This document shows positions 54,649 to 63,937 of a stretch of DNA of 64,000 nt, one piece after another. The number at the start of each line of letters is the position of its first letter. The first letter of the stretch is position 1. The notes beneath the pieces were generated by a model. The model ran no database searches. It was given only the letters and a program-made list of their open reading frames with translations, and had not been told where the DNA came from. The position numbers were made by a program, and so were the translations under genes. This DNA comes from an uncultured Gemmatimonadales bacterium (GTDB lineage: Bacteria; Gemmatimonadota; Gemmatimonadetes; Gemmatimonadales; GWC2-71-9): positions 32,001 to 96,000 of the forward strand of contig CAWGED010000005.1 of assembly GCA_963821525.1 (NCBI GenBank), read 5' to 3'.

Positions 54649-55582
54649 ATGTCGCAGCGTCCCCCGCTGGTTTTGATCGCTAACGACCAGGAGTGGTCGG
54701 CTCGCTCTCTCGAAAGCATCCTCGCTCCGAACGGCTACGCCGTGCTTCGGGCCTACACCGGTATTCAGGCCTTGGAGCGCGCCCGCACCGCACGGCCTGA
54801 TCTCGTCATCCTCGATGCCCAAATGCCGGACGTTCACGGGGTGGACGTTTGCCGTGAGCTCCGCAATGATCCGCGATTCAGCGCCACCACTCCGATCATC
54901 ATTACTACCGCCGGCCCTTCCGGGCGCACTCAGCGTCTCGAGGCTTACCGCGCCGGCGCCTGGGAGTTTCTGGGCCAGCCGCTCGACGGGGAAGCCCTTC
55001 TCCTCAAGCTGGAGACTTTCCTCAAGTCAAAGCTTGAGGTGGACCGGATCCGCGATGAAAACCTGCTGGATCATCCGAGCGGGCTATACAACATGCGGGG
55101 ACTATCCCGCCGTGCTCGTGAGATAGGTTCGGAAGCCGTGCGCCTCCGCCAGGCGCTGGCCTGCGTCGTATTCGCCCCGGAGCCGGGAACCGAGCCGGAA
55201 ACGACCGATACTCTCGCTTTGAAAATCGGGGAACAGGTAGGCAAGGTTCTGCGGGAGAGCGGTCGGGCTTCCGATGCTATCGGACGCTTGGGGCCCTGCA
55301 GAATTCGCGGTGATTGCCCCGGCGACGGAAGCTCAGGGCGCCGTCAGAATGGTCGAGCGCTTGGGCGATGTGCTGGAGCGAATGCCGATCTCGAATGGGA
55401 CCGTTGACCATACCCTGCGAGTTCGGGCGGGGTACTGCGCGGTTCCCGATTTTGCGGCTTCCCCGGTCGATGCCGTCGAGATGCTGCTGCGCGCTACTTC
55501 GGCGCTCCGCCATCTGCGTGCGGAAGGCAATAACGATCGGGTCCGTGCCTTCGAACAACTTCCGGTAACTCCCCTCCACTAA
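54649..55582 (+). CDS. Response regulator with degenerate GGDEF domain; one frameshift near 55290
   Basis: REC: VLIAND, DLVILDAQMPD; then DHPSGLYN and RASDAIGRLGPAEFAVI after removing one G from the GGGG run. Confidence 0.8.
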
Positions 55583-57981
55583 GCTCCGTTCCCGTTTTCC
55601 GACTTCCCCGCCAGTTGCGGGGCAGCGTCCTCGTCGGCGGTGTATCCGTACAGGTAGGAGTAGTACCGGTAGATGCCCTCGGCCTGGATGTCGTTGAGCA
55701 CCGCGCCCAGCACGCGAACCGGCAACCGGTCCAGCAGGCGCAGCTTGGCATCCGCCATCTGCCGATCGGTTTCACCGGAGCGGAAGACCAGCATCAGGTG
55801 GCCGGTGGCAGTGCCGAGCACGAAGGGATCGATACCGGCGCCGAGGGGAGGGCTGTCCACGATCACCACGTTGAAGCGGCTCTTCACTGCGGAGATCAGA
55901 TTGACCATCGCGGCGGATCCCAACAGCTCGGGCCCATGGTGGCGCCGCGTTCCGCAGGGGATGACTGACAGGCCTTTGTGCGGACTTGGACGGATGATGC
56001 CGTCTATAGTCGCCTGCCCGGTGAGATAGTCGAGCAGTCCGGGCCTGCGGTCTACCCCAAACATCCGGTGCAATTCGCCCCGGCGGATATCACCATCGAT
56101 AAGGAGCGTCTTGTAGCCGGCCTCGCCGAACGAAACCGCGAGGTTGGAGGAGACGAGGGACTTGCCGTCACCCGCGCCAGGGCTCGAGACGGTGAGCAGC
56201 ACCGGGCCAGCCGCACCATAGGAGTGGGCCAGGTTGAGGCGGATAGTTCGGAAGGCTTCGACTACCTGGGAAGCCTCCTCCGGCTTCAATTCGCCCTTCT
56301 TGCTCTTCCGGATTGCCGGGATTGCGCCGAGGATGCTCAAGCCGAGCTCGCGCGACACCTGCTCCGGATAGCGGAACCGCTTGTCCAGCTGGTCGAGCAG
56401 CAGAGCGAGACCCACGGCGAGGCCCAGACTGGCGGCGAAGGCCATGAAGATGATCTTCGGCGCGCTGTTGCTGCTGGGCTTCTGCGGGATGGTGGCCCGG
56501 TCGAGGATCTTGAGGTCGGGGATGGCGGAGACCTCAGAGAGCTTGGCCTCTTCATACCGCTCCTGAAGCGTCTTGAAGAGGTCCTCTGCCGCCGAGAAGT
56601 CCCGCACCAACCTCGTTTCGGTGGTGGCCCGCGCCGGGACCTGTTCCAATCCCTTCCCAGCCACATTGATGCGCTTCTCGAGATCTGCTTCCTGTACCTT
56701 CAGCTGATCGATCAGGGCCTGGGCGAGTGTGGGGATTGTCTGGGTCTTCAGGATCTCGAGGTTGGCGAGATTCTGCTGGATCCCGCGGTACTCATCGGTA
56801 TAGCGATACCGCAGCGCCCGGGTATCCGCCTCGAGGTTGGACACCTCGGTGAGAGCACGCACCAGATCGGGCGCCTGACGCACGGCGCCGATGGTCTGGA
56901 AGGCATCTACCGTGATGGCGCCTCCCTTGGCCCGCGCGAGCACATCCTCGATCTGCTTCCGGTCGGTGCGCAGCGCCTCAAGCTGCGTCTTCTTGGTAAA
57001 GAAGTCGGTGGTGACCGCCTGGGAAGTCGTTGACAACCCGCCGGGTACCGGTACTCCTTCCGTCGGCTCGGTGATGGTACCGACCCTGAAGCCCTCCAAC
57101 TTGGTTTCGGCCTCCTTCAAGTTGCGAGCGGCGATCACCAACTGGGAGTCGAGCGCCAGGCGCATCTCGACCAGCTTGCTGCGCTTCAGCTCGGCCGCGA
57201 TGTCCACGAACTGGTCGGTAATCGCGTTGAGTTGAGGAGCCAGCCCGTAGCGCTCCTCGCCATTGAGTGAGATGCGGAGGAAGTTGGCGTCCTCGGCCGC
57301 CATCGAGGTCTTGAGGTTCTCCATCAAATCATTGGAGACCTCGCGAGGGTTCTTGAGCGTGAACGCGATGGTCTTGCCCTTCCGGAGCTGCTGCGCCGTC
57401 GGTGCCCAGCGCCAGCCGAGCTTCTCACCGATCGAGTCGCCAACCGTCCCGGAAGCGATTTCCGCCCCGCTGCGGGAGAGAGTCCAGTGAGATCCGGTCG
57501 GGTCGGTCTTAATGGTGAAATCGCCGGTGTGGAATTTGTCGGCGATATCGAAACCGGTGAAAGCGATGCTGTCGGCCCGGTCCTTTGTAGTCAGGTAGAG
57601 GCGCTGCCGGTGGACGACGGGATCGAACACCACGTAGGTCTTGAGCAATTCGGTCCAGGCCTGCTGAGCAAGTAGCTGACCCGGCCGGATCGGGCCGGTC
57701 TTGCCGCCGCCTTCCTCAATCCAGATGGTGGCCTTGGCGGTGTAAATCGGAGGCAGGAACCTGGTGGCGACAACTCCACCGGCAGTCCCGAGCAGAACGA
57801 TCAGCAGCATCAGCCACTTGTAGCGCCGCAGCGCCGCCGTGTAACGGCCCCAGTTGACCTTATCGTCATCCACCGCTGGAGCGCCCATGGCAGCCGCCAT
57901 GGTTCCCGCCTGGGGAACCATTTCGATCTCAACGTCCGGCTCTTCGGGCGATCGGTTAGCGGGGATCAGAGTATCGGCCAT
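55579..57981 (-). CDS. wzc: Polysaccharide co-polymerase / tyrosine autokinase
   Basis: Intact 800 aa; two TM helices around coiled-coil periplasmic region; EAFRTIR, SSPGAGDGKS, LIDGDIRR, IVDSPP, C-terminal Tyr cluster YRYYSYLYGY. Confidence 0.93.
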   Translation of the reverse strand: MADTLIPANRSPEEPDVEIEMVPQAGTMAAAMGAPAVDDDKVNWGRYTAALRRYKWLMLLIVLLGTAGGVVATRFLPPIYTAKATIWIEEGGGKTGPIRPGQLLAQQAWTELLKTYVVFDPVVHRQRLYLTTKDRADSIAFTGFDIADKFHTGDFTIKTDPTGSHWTLSRSGAEIASGTVGDSIGEKLGWRWAPTAQQLRKGKTIAFTLKNPREVSNDLMENLKTSMAAEDANFLRISLNGEERYGLAPQLNAITDQFVDIAAELKRSKLVEMRLALDSQLVIAARNLKEAETKLEGFRVGTITEPTEGVPVPGGLSTTSQAVTTDFFTKKTQLEALRTDRKQIEDVLARAKGGAITVDAFQTIGAVRQAPDLVRALTEVSNLEADTRALRYRYTDEYRGIQQNLANLEILKTQTIPTLAQALIDQLKVQEADLEKRINVAGKGLEQVPARATTETRLVRDFSAAEDLFKTLQERYEEAKLSEVSAIPDLKILDRATIPQKPSSNSAPKIIFMAFAASLGLAVGLALLLDQLDKRFRYPEQVSRELGLSILGAIPAIRKSKKGELKPEEASQVVEAFRTIRLNLAHSYGAAGPVLLTVSSPGAGDGKSLVSSNLAVSFGEAGYKTLLIDGDIRRGELHRMFGVDRRPGLLDYLTGQATIDGIIRPSPHKGLSVIPCGTRRHHGPELLGSAAMVNLISAVKSRFNVVIVDSPPLGAGIDPFVLGTATGHLMLVFRSGETDRQMADAKLRLLDRLPVRVLGAVLNDIQAEGIYRYYSYLYGYTADEDAAPQLAGKSENGNGA

Positions 57982-58040
57982 TCTGCTCCGGATTGCTTAG
58001 GAATCGAGCAAGCTGCTCGTAATCAAGACGCCCGACCTCA

Positions 58041-58056
58041 CGCAAAGTCGGTACCG
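58041..58056 (-). promoter_or_regulatory. sigma54 promoter for wzc
   Basis: Reverse strand reads CGGTAC-CGACT-TTGCG (GG-N10-GC), 60 nt upstream of ATG 57981. Confidence 0.6.
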
Positions 58057-58151
58057 AACAGGGCTTTTTGTGCGGGCGAAATATACGGGGCGGCTGATTG
58101 CGAGGTCGTGACAAACCGGCCTCTACAGGAGTTGGCCGTTCTGTGGCGACA

Positions 58152-58167
58152 TGGCATCAGTGTTGCG
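58152..58167 (+). promoter_or_regulatory. sigma54 promoter candidate 1 upstream of NtrC-type activator
   Basis: TGGCAT-CAGTG-TTGCG (GG-N10-GC). Confidence 0.55.
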
Positions 58168-58178
58168 TATCAGCAACA
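58161..58178. promoter_or_regulatory. Perfect inverted repeat, candidate enhancer/operator
   Basis: TGTTGC-GTATCA-GCAACA (TGT-N12-ACA) between the divergent wzc and activator genes. Confidence 0.5.
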
Positions 58179-58229
58179 GCCAGAATCGGGTAATACCACA
58201 CGGTGTTGCTTGATTTGTGCTATAGGGTG

Positions 58230-58245
58230 TGGTACTAAAGATGCT
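58230..58245 (+). promoter_or_regulatory. sigma54 promoter candidate 2 upstream of NtrC-type activator
   Basis: TGGTAC-TAAAG-ATGCT (GG-N10-GC). Confidence 0.55.
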
Positions 58246-58371
58246 GTGAGTGACCCATCCCGCGGGTCCCGCGGGGACTCGCAAGCCAAAGTGTCCGAGC
58301 ACGACTGCGCGCCACAGTTGAAGGACCGCACGCGCGGGCGTGTGGGTCGGGCGCATCACAGGAGCCGTGCA

Positions 58372-59898
58372 ATGGGATCGAGCATCGCTGACGCGAATCG
58401 TCGACCGGAACCCCCGCCAGGGGAGATCGGCGGCCGCGATCCGCTTGCTATCCCCGCCGAAGTCAAAGCCAGCATCAGGATCCTCGTCGTTGACGATGAG
58501 CGTACTCTGCGGGAGAGCTGCGCCAGCGTCCTGCAGATGGACGGGTATAACGTCACGCTGATCGGACGGGGCGAAGAAGCTCTCGACACAGTCAAGCGCC
58601 GCAAGTTCGACATCATCCTTGTCGATCTCTACATGTCCCAGACGTCCGGGATGGATATTCTCCGGACCGCGCTGGAGCACAATCGCGATACGATCGTCGT
58701 CGTCATGACCGGAAATCCCAGCGTCGCGAGCAGCATTGAGGCGCTGCGAGCCGGTGCCTGGGACTACCTCCCCAAGCCCTTCTCGGCAACTCACCTCCAG
58801 GTGCTGATCGGCCGCGCCTCCCACGCGGTGATGGTCTCACGGGAGACTCGGGACCTGCGCCTGCAGCTGATGAAGCAGAACGGGCACAGCGACAAGATTG
58901 CCCTCATCGGGATCTCTCCGCTGTTCCGCAAGGCCGTGGATCTGGCGCGCAAGGTGGCCGCGACCGATGCCTCGGTCTTCATCAGCGGGGAGAGCGGTAC
59001 GGGTAAGGAAGTGATCGCCCAATTCATCCATCAGCACAGCCGCCGGGTTGGCCGAACCCTGGTTCCGATCAACTGCGCTGCCCTCCCGGAGCCGCTGCTC
59101 GAGTCGGAGATGTTCGGCCATCGGAAGGGTGCGTTCACCGGGGCCGACCGCGACAAGCCGGGTCTGCTGGAAACCGCCAATGGCGGGACGCTCTTCCTCG
59201 ACGAGATCACCGAGATGTCGATGCCGCTGCAGGCCAAACTGCTGCGGGTCATTCAGGATGGAGTGGTGCGCAGGGTAGGTAGTGAGAGCCAGGACGCCCA
59301 AGTGGACGTCCGGTTCATCTCCGCCACGAATCGGGATCCCCAGGACGCGGTGAACTCAGGCGTATTGCGTGGCGACCTCTTCTATCGCCTGCGGGTCGTG
59401 CCCATCAAGCTGCCGCCGCTGCGCAAGCGGCCGGAAGACATTCCGCTGCTCGCCAATCACTTCCTGACCTACTACTGGCAACGCCATCGCCAGATGGGCG
59501 ATCGGGTGCCCAAGCTGAGCGAGGCGAGCATCGTGTTCCTCCGCTCCCGACCCTGGCGGGGCAACGTCCGGGAGCTGCAGAACGTCATCGAGCATGTGGC
59601 GGTGCTGGCGGAACCGGATCAGGTCATCCAGCCCAACGATATTCCGATCTACGAAGACGCCAGCGAATGGCCGTCCGAGGGCGTCATTTCCACCGCGGTA
59701 ATGGACGACGCATATCACCTGGCCAAGGACCGAATCGTCGCCCAGTTCGAGAAAGAGTACCTCACCACGGCTGATCGGCCGGGCCGGCGGCAACATGTCG
59801 AAGGCGGCGCGGCTGGCCAGCATCGATCGGACGACTCTCTACCGCCTCATGGACAAGCACAGCTTCCATCGCGACGAGCTGCGGGGACGCCTGAGTGA
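58372..59898 (+). CDS. sigma54-dependent response regulator (REC-AAA+-Fis HTH, NtrC family); frameshift near 59765
   Basis: AGGAG RBS; ILVVDDE, ILVDL, YLPKPF; GESGTGKE, ESEMFGHRKGAFTGA, LFLDEI, DLFYRL, WRGNVRELQN; HTH GNMSKAARLASIDRTTLYRLM in the next frame. Confidence 0.93.
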   Translation: MGSSIADANRRPEPPPGEIGGRDPLAIPAEVKASIRILVVDDERTLRESCASVLQMDGYNVTLIGRGEEALDTVKRRKFDIILVDLYMSQTSGMDILRTALEHNRDTIVVVMTGNPSVASSIEALRAGAWDYLPKPFSATHLQVLIGRASHAVMVSRETRDLRLQLMKQNGHSDKIALIGISPLFRKAVDLARKVAATDASVFISGESGTGKEVIAQFIHQHSRRVGRTLVPINCAALPEPLLESEMFGHRKGAFTGADRDKPGLLETANGGTLFLDEITEMSMPLQAKLLRVIQDGVVRRVGSESQDAQVDVRFISATNRDPQDAVNSGVLRGDLFYRLRVVPIKLPPLRKRPEDIPLLANHFLTYYWQRHRQMGDRVPKLSEASIVFLRSRPWRGNVRELQNVIEHVAVLAEPDQVIQPNDIPIYEDASEWPSEGVISTAVMDDAYHLAKDRIVAQFEKEYLTTADRPGRRQHVEGGAAGQHRSDDSLPPHGQAQLPSRRAAGTPE

Positions 59899-60942
59899 CC
59901 GTATGGCGCTCACTCGACGAGGCCGTGAGCCACGTCGAGGCTGGATGGCAACAGGTCGTCGAAGACAGCCCAGCCCAGGAGGAAGTTCGCACCCATCTGG
60001 TGCAACTCGCCGGGGCGATTCGCGCCGCCGCCGACGGCGGTGAGCCGTTGACGGACGAGGTTCCTCGCACCGTCCTGACCCGCCGCCTCCTCGAACTGAT
60101 CCGCCGTGAGCTGCTGGAAAGAATCCGGCGGGATCCCGAACCTCCCGACAGCAAATCCATCCTCACGGTCCTCGGCGCCATCGAACAGGTGCACGCCCGG
60201 CTGGAGCCGGACTGGGCGCAGCACTTCGCCGATCGCCTGTCGGGGCCCGACGGTCTGGAGCTCGTGGTGGAGGTCGCGCACGACCTCCGGTCGCCACTGA
60301 CCTCGATCCTGTTCCTGGCGGAGACCCTGCAACGGGGGCGGAGCGGGAACATCAATGCTGTGCAGGAGCGCCAGCTCGGCCTGATCTACAGCGCGGCGTT
60401 TGGTCTCAGCTCTCTCGCGAGCGATGTCATCGAGCTGGCGCGGGGAGGTGACCGTCTCGTGGATCTGGATCCGATTCCCTTTTCCATCAGCGACATCCTG
60501 GAATCGGTGAGAGACATCGTGCAGCCCATCGCGGAAGAGAAGGGTCTGACGGTGCGGCTGGAGGCTCCGGAGTCGGACTTCCGGGTGGGTCACCCGGTCG
60601 CGCTCTCGCGGGTCCTGCTCAACCTGACGACCAACGCACTCAAGTTCACCTCGGAAGGGTTTGTCGAGGTGGCCGGCAAGCAGCTGGACGACACCCGCGT
60701 TGAGTTCTCGGTGCGGGATACCGGGCGCGGGATTCCCTCTCAGGCGATGCTGACGCTTGTTCGAGCCATTCCGCCGGCGTCAGAAGCAGGGCGAGTACGC
60801 GTTCTCCGGCGCCGGACTCGGTCTGTCGATTTGTCGGAAGCTGGTCGAGGCGATGCGCTCAACCCTCCGGGTGGAAACCGCACCCGACTTCGGCACCCGG
60901 TTCTACTTCGAGCTTGCCCTTCCTCTGGCGGACGATCACTGA
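59895..60942 (+). CDS. Cytoplasmic sensor histidine kinase; frameshift near 60757
   Basis: AHDLRSPLTSI (H box), LLNLTTNALKFT (N), VRDTGRGI (G1), GAGLGLSIC (G2); no TM segment. Confidence 0.9.
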
Positions 60943-62063
60943 TGACCAGCCTGCTGCATGTTGTCGGGGCTCGGCCGAACTTCATGAAGGTCGCCCCCGT
61001 GCTCCGCGCCGCTGCTGCACTGCCTGGTACCCGGCAGTGGCTGGTCCACACCGGCCAGCACTACGACGCGGCGATGAGCGACAGCTTCTTCGCCGACCTG
61101 GAGCTCCCGGAGCCCGAAGTCAACTTGGGTGTAGGGTCGGCCACCCACGCGGTTCAGACCGGGCGGATCATGATCGAGTTCGAGCCGGTTCTCGATCGGC
61201 TCAAGCCCGATTGGGTCGTGGTCTATGGCGACGTGAACTCAACCGTCGCCTGTGCCCTCGTTGCGTCCAAGAAGAGAGTGAAGGTTGCCCACGTCGAGGC
61301 TGGGCTGCGCAGCCGAGACCGAGACATGCCGGAAGAGATCAACCGCATCCTCACCGACCAGCTGGCTGACCTCTGCCTCACGCCCAGCCGCGACGGCGAC
61401 GCCAATCTGGCTCAGGAAGGCATTGCCCCGGAGCGGATCCGCTTCGTCGGAAACGTGATGGTTGACACGCTGCTGCATCTCCAGAGCCGAGCCCGGGAGC
61501 TTCGGGCACCAGAGACCTACGGAGTGGCGGGAAAGCCCTATGCGTTCGTGACCCTGCACCGGCCATCGAACGTTGATCAACGGGAAACCCTTGCCGAACT
61601 GTTGAACGCTCTGGATGATCTCGCGGGCCAGATGCCGGTGGTGTTCCCCATACATCCGAGGACCCGGCAGAGAATCCAGGACTTTGGTCTCAGCGACATC
61701 GCGCGGCGGGTGACCCTGCTCGAGCCGCTGGGGTATCTGGAAGCCCTGTCCCTGGTGGAGAAAGCGAGCCTGGTGCTCACCGACTCTGGGGGGCTTCAGG
61801 AAGAGACCACGGTCCTCGGGGTACCTTGTCTCACCGCCCGGTCCAACACCGAACGTCCGGTCACCGTTACCGAGGGGACGAACCGCCTCGTCGCCTCAAC
61901 CCGCTCGGCGATCAACGCTGCCGTGGCCGACGTGCTCTCCCGCCTGGGCAACGGAAGCTTCCGGCCGGGACGCCCCGAAGGGTGGGACGGCCGGGCAGGG
62001 GAGCGCGTTGCGGCCGCACTGGTCGAGCCCTCCGCCCTACCAGCCGCGGGGGCTCGTCGATAG
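60942..62063 (+). CDS. wecB: UDP-N-acetylglucosamine 2-epimerase (non-hydrolysing)
   Basis: VVGARPNFMKVAP, HTGQHYD, VYGDVNST, HVEAGLRS, MPEEINR, TLHRPSNVD, TDSGGLQEE, WDGRAGER. Confidence 0.95.
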   Translation: MTSLLHVVGARPNFMKVAPVLRAAAALPGTRQWLVHTGQHYDAAMSDSFFADLELPEPEVNLGVGSATHAVQTGRIMIEFEPVLDRLKPDWVVVYGDVNSTVACALVASKKRVKVAHVEAGLRSRDRDMPEEINRILTDQLADLCLTPSRDGDANLAQEGIAPERIRFVGNVMVDTLLHLQSRARELRAPETYGVAGKPYAFVTLHRPSNVDQRETLAELLNALDDLAGQMPVVFPIHPRTRQRIQDFGLSDIARRVTLLEPLGYLEALSLVEKASLVLTDSGGLQEETTVLGVPCLTARSNTERPVTVTEGTNRLVASTRSAINAAVADVLSRLGNGSFRPGRPEGWDGRAGERVAAALVEPSALPAAGARR

Positions 62064-62391
62064 ATTGTTCCCCGCACAGACGCGAGACGCCGACTCGGGA
62101 GCCATGAGGCCCCAGTTGCTCCGGCCCTCGCGACTGGCACTCCCGGACCGGCCGACCCGCCCAGAGTCCGCGACAATCGGCGACCCGGCCGACCCCTCGC
62201 GTAGCCTCCATTTGGTCGAGACCATCATGTGCGGCAATGCCGTCATCCGGGGGTTCGCGCTCCGCGGCATTGTGCCGCCGTTCAGGATTCTCCAAGCGTC
62301 TCTCTGCGGCCGGCGACTTCCCGAAGATCCGGGTCCGGGAAGATCTCCGTAGCAGCGCCAGAGACGCGAGGAAGCTGGAGTTCAACCTCTC

Positions 62392-63897
62392 GTGAATAAG
62401 CCACCCATCCGTAGCATCCGCGGGGGCGAACCGCCCCTGCACGCTCCCAACGCCGCCCTTCTGATCGACTTCGACAACGTCACGCTCGGCATCCGTTCGG
62501 ACCTCACCAAAGAACTGAAGACGCTGGTCAGCAGCGACCTCATCAAGGGGAAGGTCGCGGTCCAGCGGGCGTACGCGGACTGGCGGCGCTATCCGCAGTA
62601 CATCGTCCCGCTGTCGGAGTCATCGATCGACCTCATCTTCGCGCCGGCTTTCGGGACCAACAAGAAGAACGCGACCGACATCCGGCTCGCGATCGACGCC
62701 ATCGAGCTGGTCTTTACTCGTCCTGAGATAGGCACATTCATCCTGCTCTCGGGTGACAGCGACTTCTCGATGCTGGTGATCAAACTGAAGGAGTACGGGA
62801 AGTACGTGATCGGCGTCGGGATCCGGGAGTCGGCCAGCGACCTCCTGATCCAGAACTGCGACGAGTACTACAGCTACAGCGACCTCGCGGGACTCACCAA
62901 GGAGACCGACATCCCGTCGACCCAGCGGGATCCATGGGCGCTGGTCAAGGATGCTGTCGCGATGATGGCGCAGAACCACGACGTGATGCGCTCGGACCGG
63001 CTCAAGCAGGTCATGCAGCAGATCGACCCGAACTTCGACGAGAAGAACGCGGGCTTCAACCGGTTCAGCAAGTTCGTGGTGGAAGCCGGGCAGAAGGGCC
63101 TGCTCCGCGTGAGCAAGATGGACAACGGCCAGTATGAGGTCGCCCCGCTTGCCGAAGCAGCTGCGCCTGCGGCGCCGGCGACGGAAGCAGTCGCTCCCAA
63201 TGGCGAACGCCCTGGTCGCGGTCGGGGACGGGGAAGGGGACGCGGACGAGGCGGGCGGCGGGACGAGCCCAGGTCGACTGCGGAGCCATCGCCTGTGCCT
63301 GTGTCTGCTCCTGCACCCGCGGCTCGTACCAACGGTCTTACGCTCGCGAGTGCCTTCGACCTCATGCGCCGTGCCCTGTCTGAGCTGCCGCGGCCGGTAG
63401 AGCATGAGTCCCTTCGCCTGAGGATGGCGGCGCTGAACGGCCGGATGGACCCGCTGATCGAGCCCGCGCGCTTCCACCGGTTGCTTCGTCAGGCCCACGA
63501 TGCCGAAGTCGCCGACGTGAGAAAGATTGCCGATGACGAGTATGAAGTGCTCTCGCGGCCGTCCGAGGGCCAACCGCTGGTAACCGCCGAGCGTCCGATT
63601 CCCGAAGGCGCACAGGAGCAGGCCCAGCCGGGTGGCGGCCCGAGCAACGGGTCGGCCCGGGGGGGAGTTCGGTTCCGTCGGGGGTCCCGCCTTCCTGCAG
63701 CAAGCCGTGAGATCCCCATGGTTGGGGTTGTCAGTCTGGACGAGACTCCCACGACGCAGGAGCCAGCGGCGCCAGCGGTGAAGCCCGCCCGGCCCCGCCG
63801 AACAAGGTCCAAGGCAACTCCCGCAACGGAAGCGGAGGCACCTTCCCCGCCGCGCAAGAAGGCCAGCCGACCTCGAACCCGAAAGGCGGCGGAGTGA
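62392..63897 (+). CDS. NYN-domain (PIN-like, LabA/DUF88) protein with LOTUS/OST-HTH domain(s) and low-complexity tail
   Basis: LLIDFDN, RAYADW, KNATDIRLAIDA, LLSGDSDF, LIQNCDEY; LKQVMQQIDPNFDEKNAGFNRFSKFV (LOTUS-like). Confidence 0.88.
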   Translation: MNKPPIRSIRGGEPPLHAPNAALLIDFDNVTLGIRSDLTKELKTLVSSDLIKGKVAVQRAYADWRRYPQYIVPLSESSIDLIFAPAFGTNKKNATDIRLAIDAIELVFTRPEIGTFILLSGDSDFSMLVIKLKEYGKYVIGVGIRESASDLLIQNCDEYYSYSDLAGLTKETDIPSTQRDPWALVKDAVAMMAQNHDVMRSDRLKQVMQQIDPNFDEKNAGFNRFSKFVVEAGQKGLLRVSKMDNGQYEVAPLAEAAAPAAPATEAVAPNGERPGRGRGRGRGRGRGGRRDEPRSTAEPSPVPVSAPAPAARTNGLTLASAFDLMRRALSELPRPVEHESLRLRMAALNGRMDPLIEPARFHRLLRQAHDAEVADVRKIADDEYEVLSRPSEGQPLVTAERPIPEGAQEQAQPGGGPSNGSARGGVRFRRGSRLPAASREIPMVGVVSLDETPTTQEPAAPAVKPARPRRTRSKATPATEAEAPSPPRKKASRPRTRKAAE

Positions 63898-63905
63898 GCC
63901 GGATT

Positions 63906-63937
63906 CGACGGGCAGCCCCGCTGCCCGTCGCCTTTTT
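63906..63937 (+). terminator. Rho-independent terminator
   Basis: Perfect 11-bp stem CGACGGGCAGC / GCTGCCCGTCG, 3-nt loop, followed by CCTTTTT, 9 nt after the NYN stop. Confidence 0.85.

Noticed and set aside
59895..62063. Apparent histidine kinase-WecB fusion (722-aa ORF)
   Set aside because: The kinase G2 box and stop lie in another frame (60757..60942) and wecB has its own overlapping ATG at 60942; an indel artefact
62064..62391. Small ORF or ncRNA between wecB and the NYN gene
   Set aside because: No motif, RBS pattern or structure that I can support
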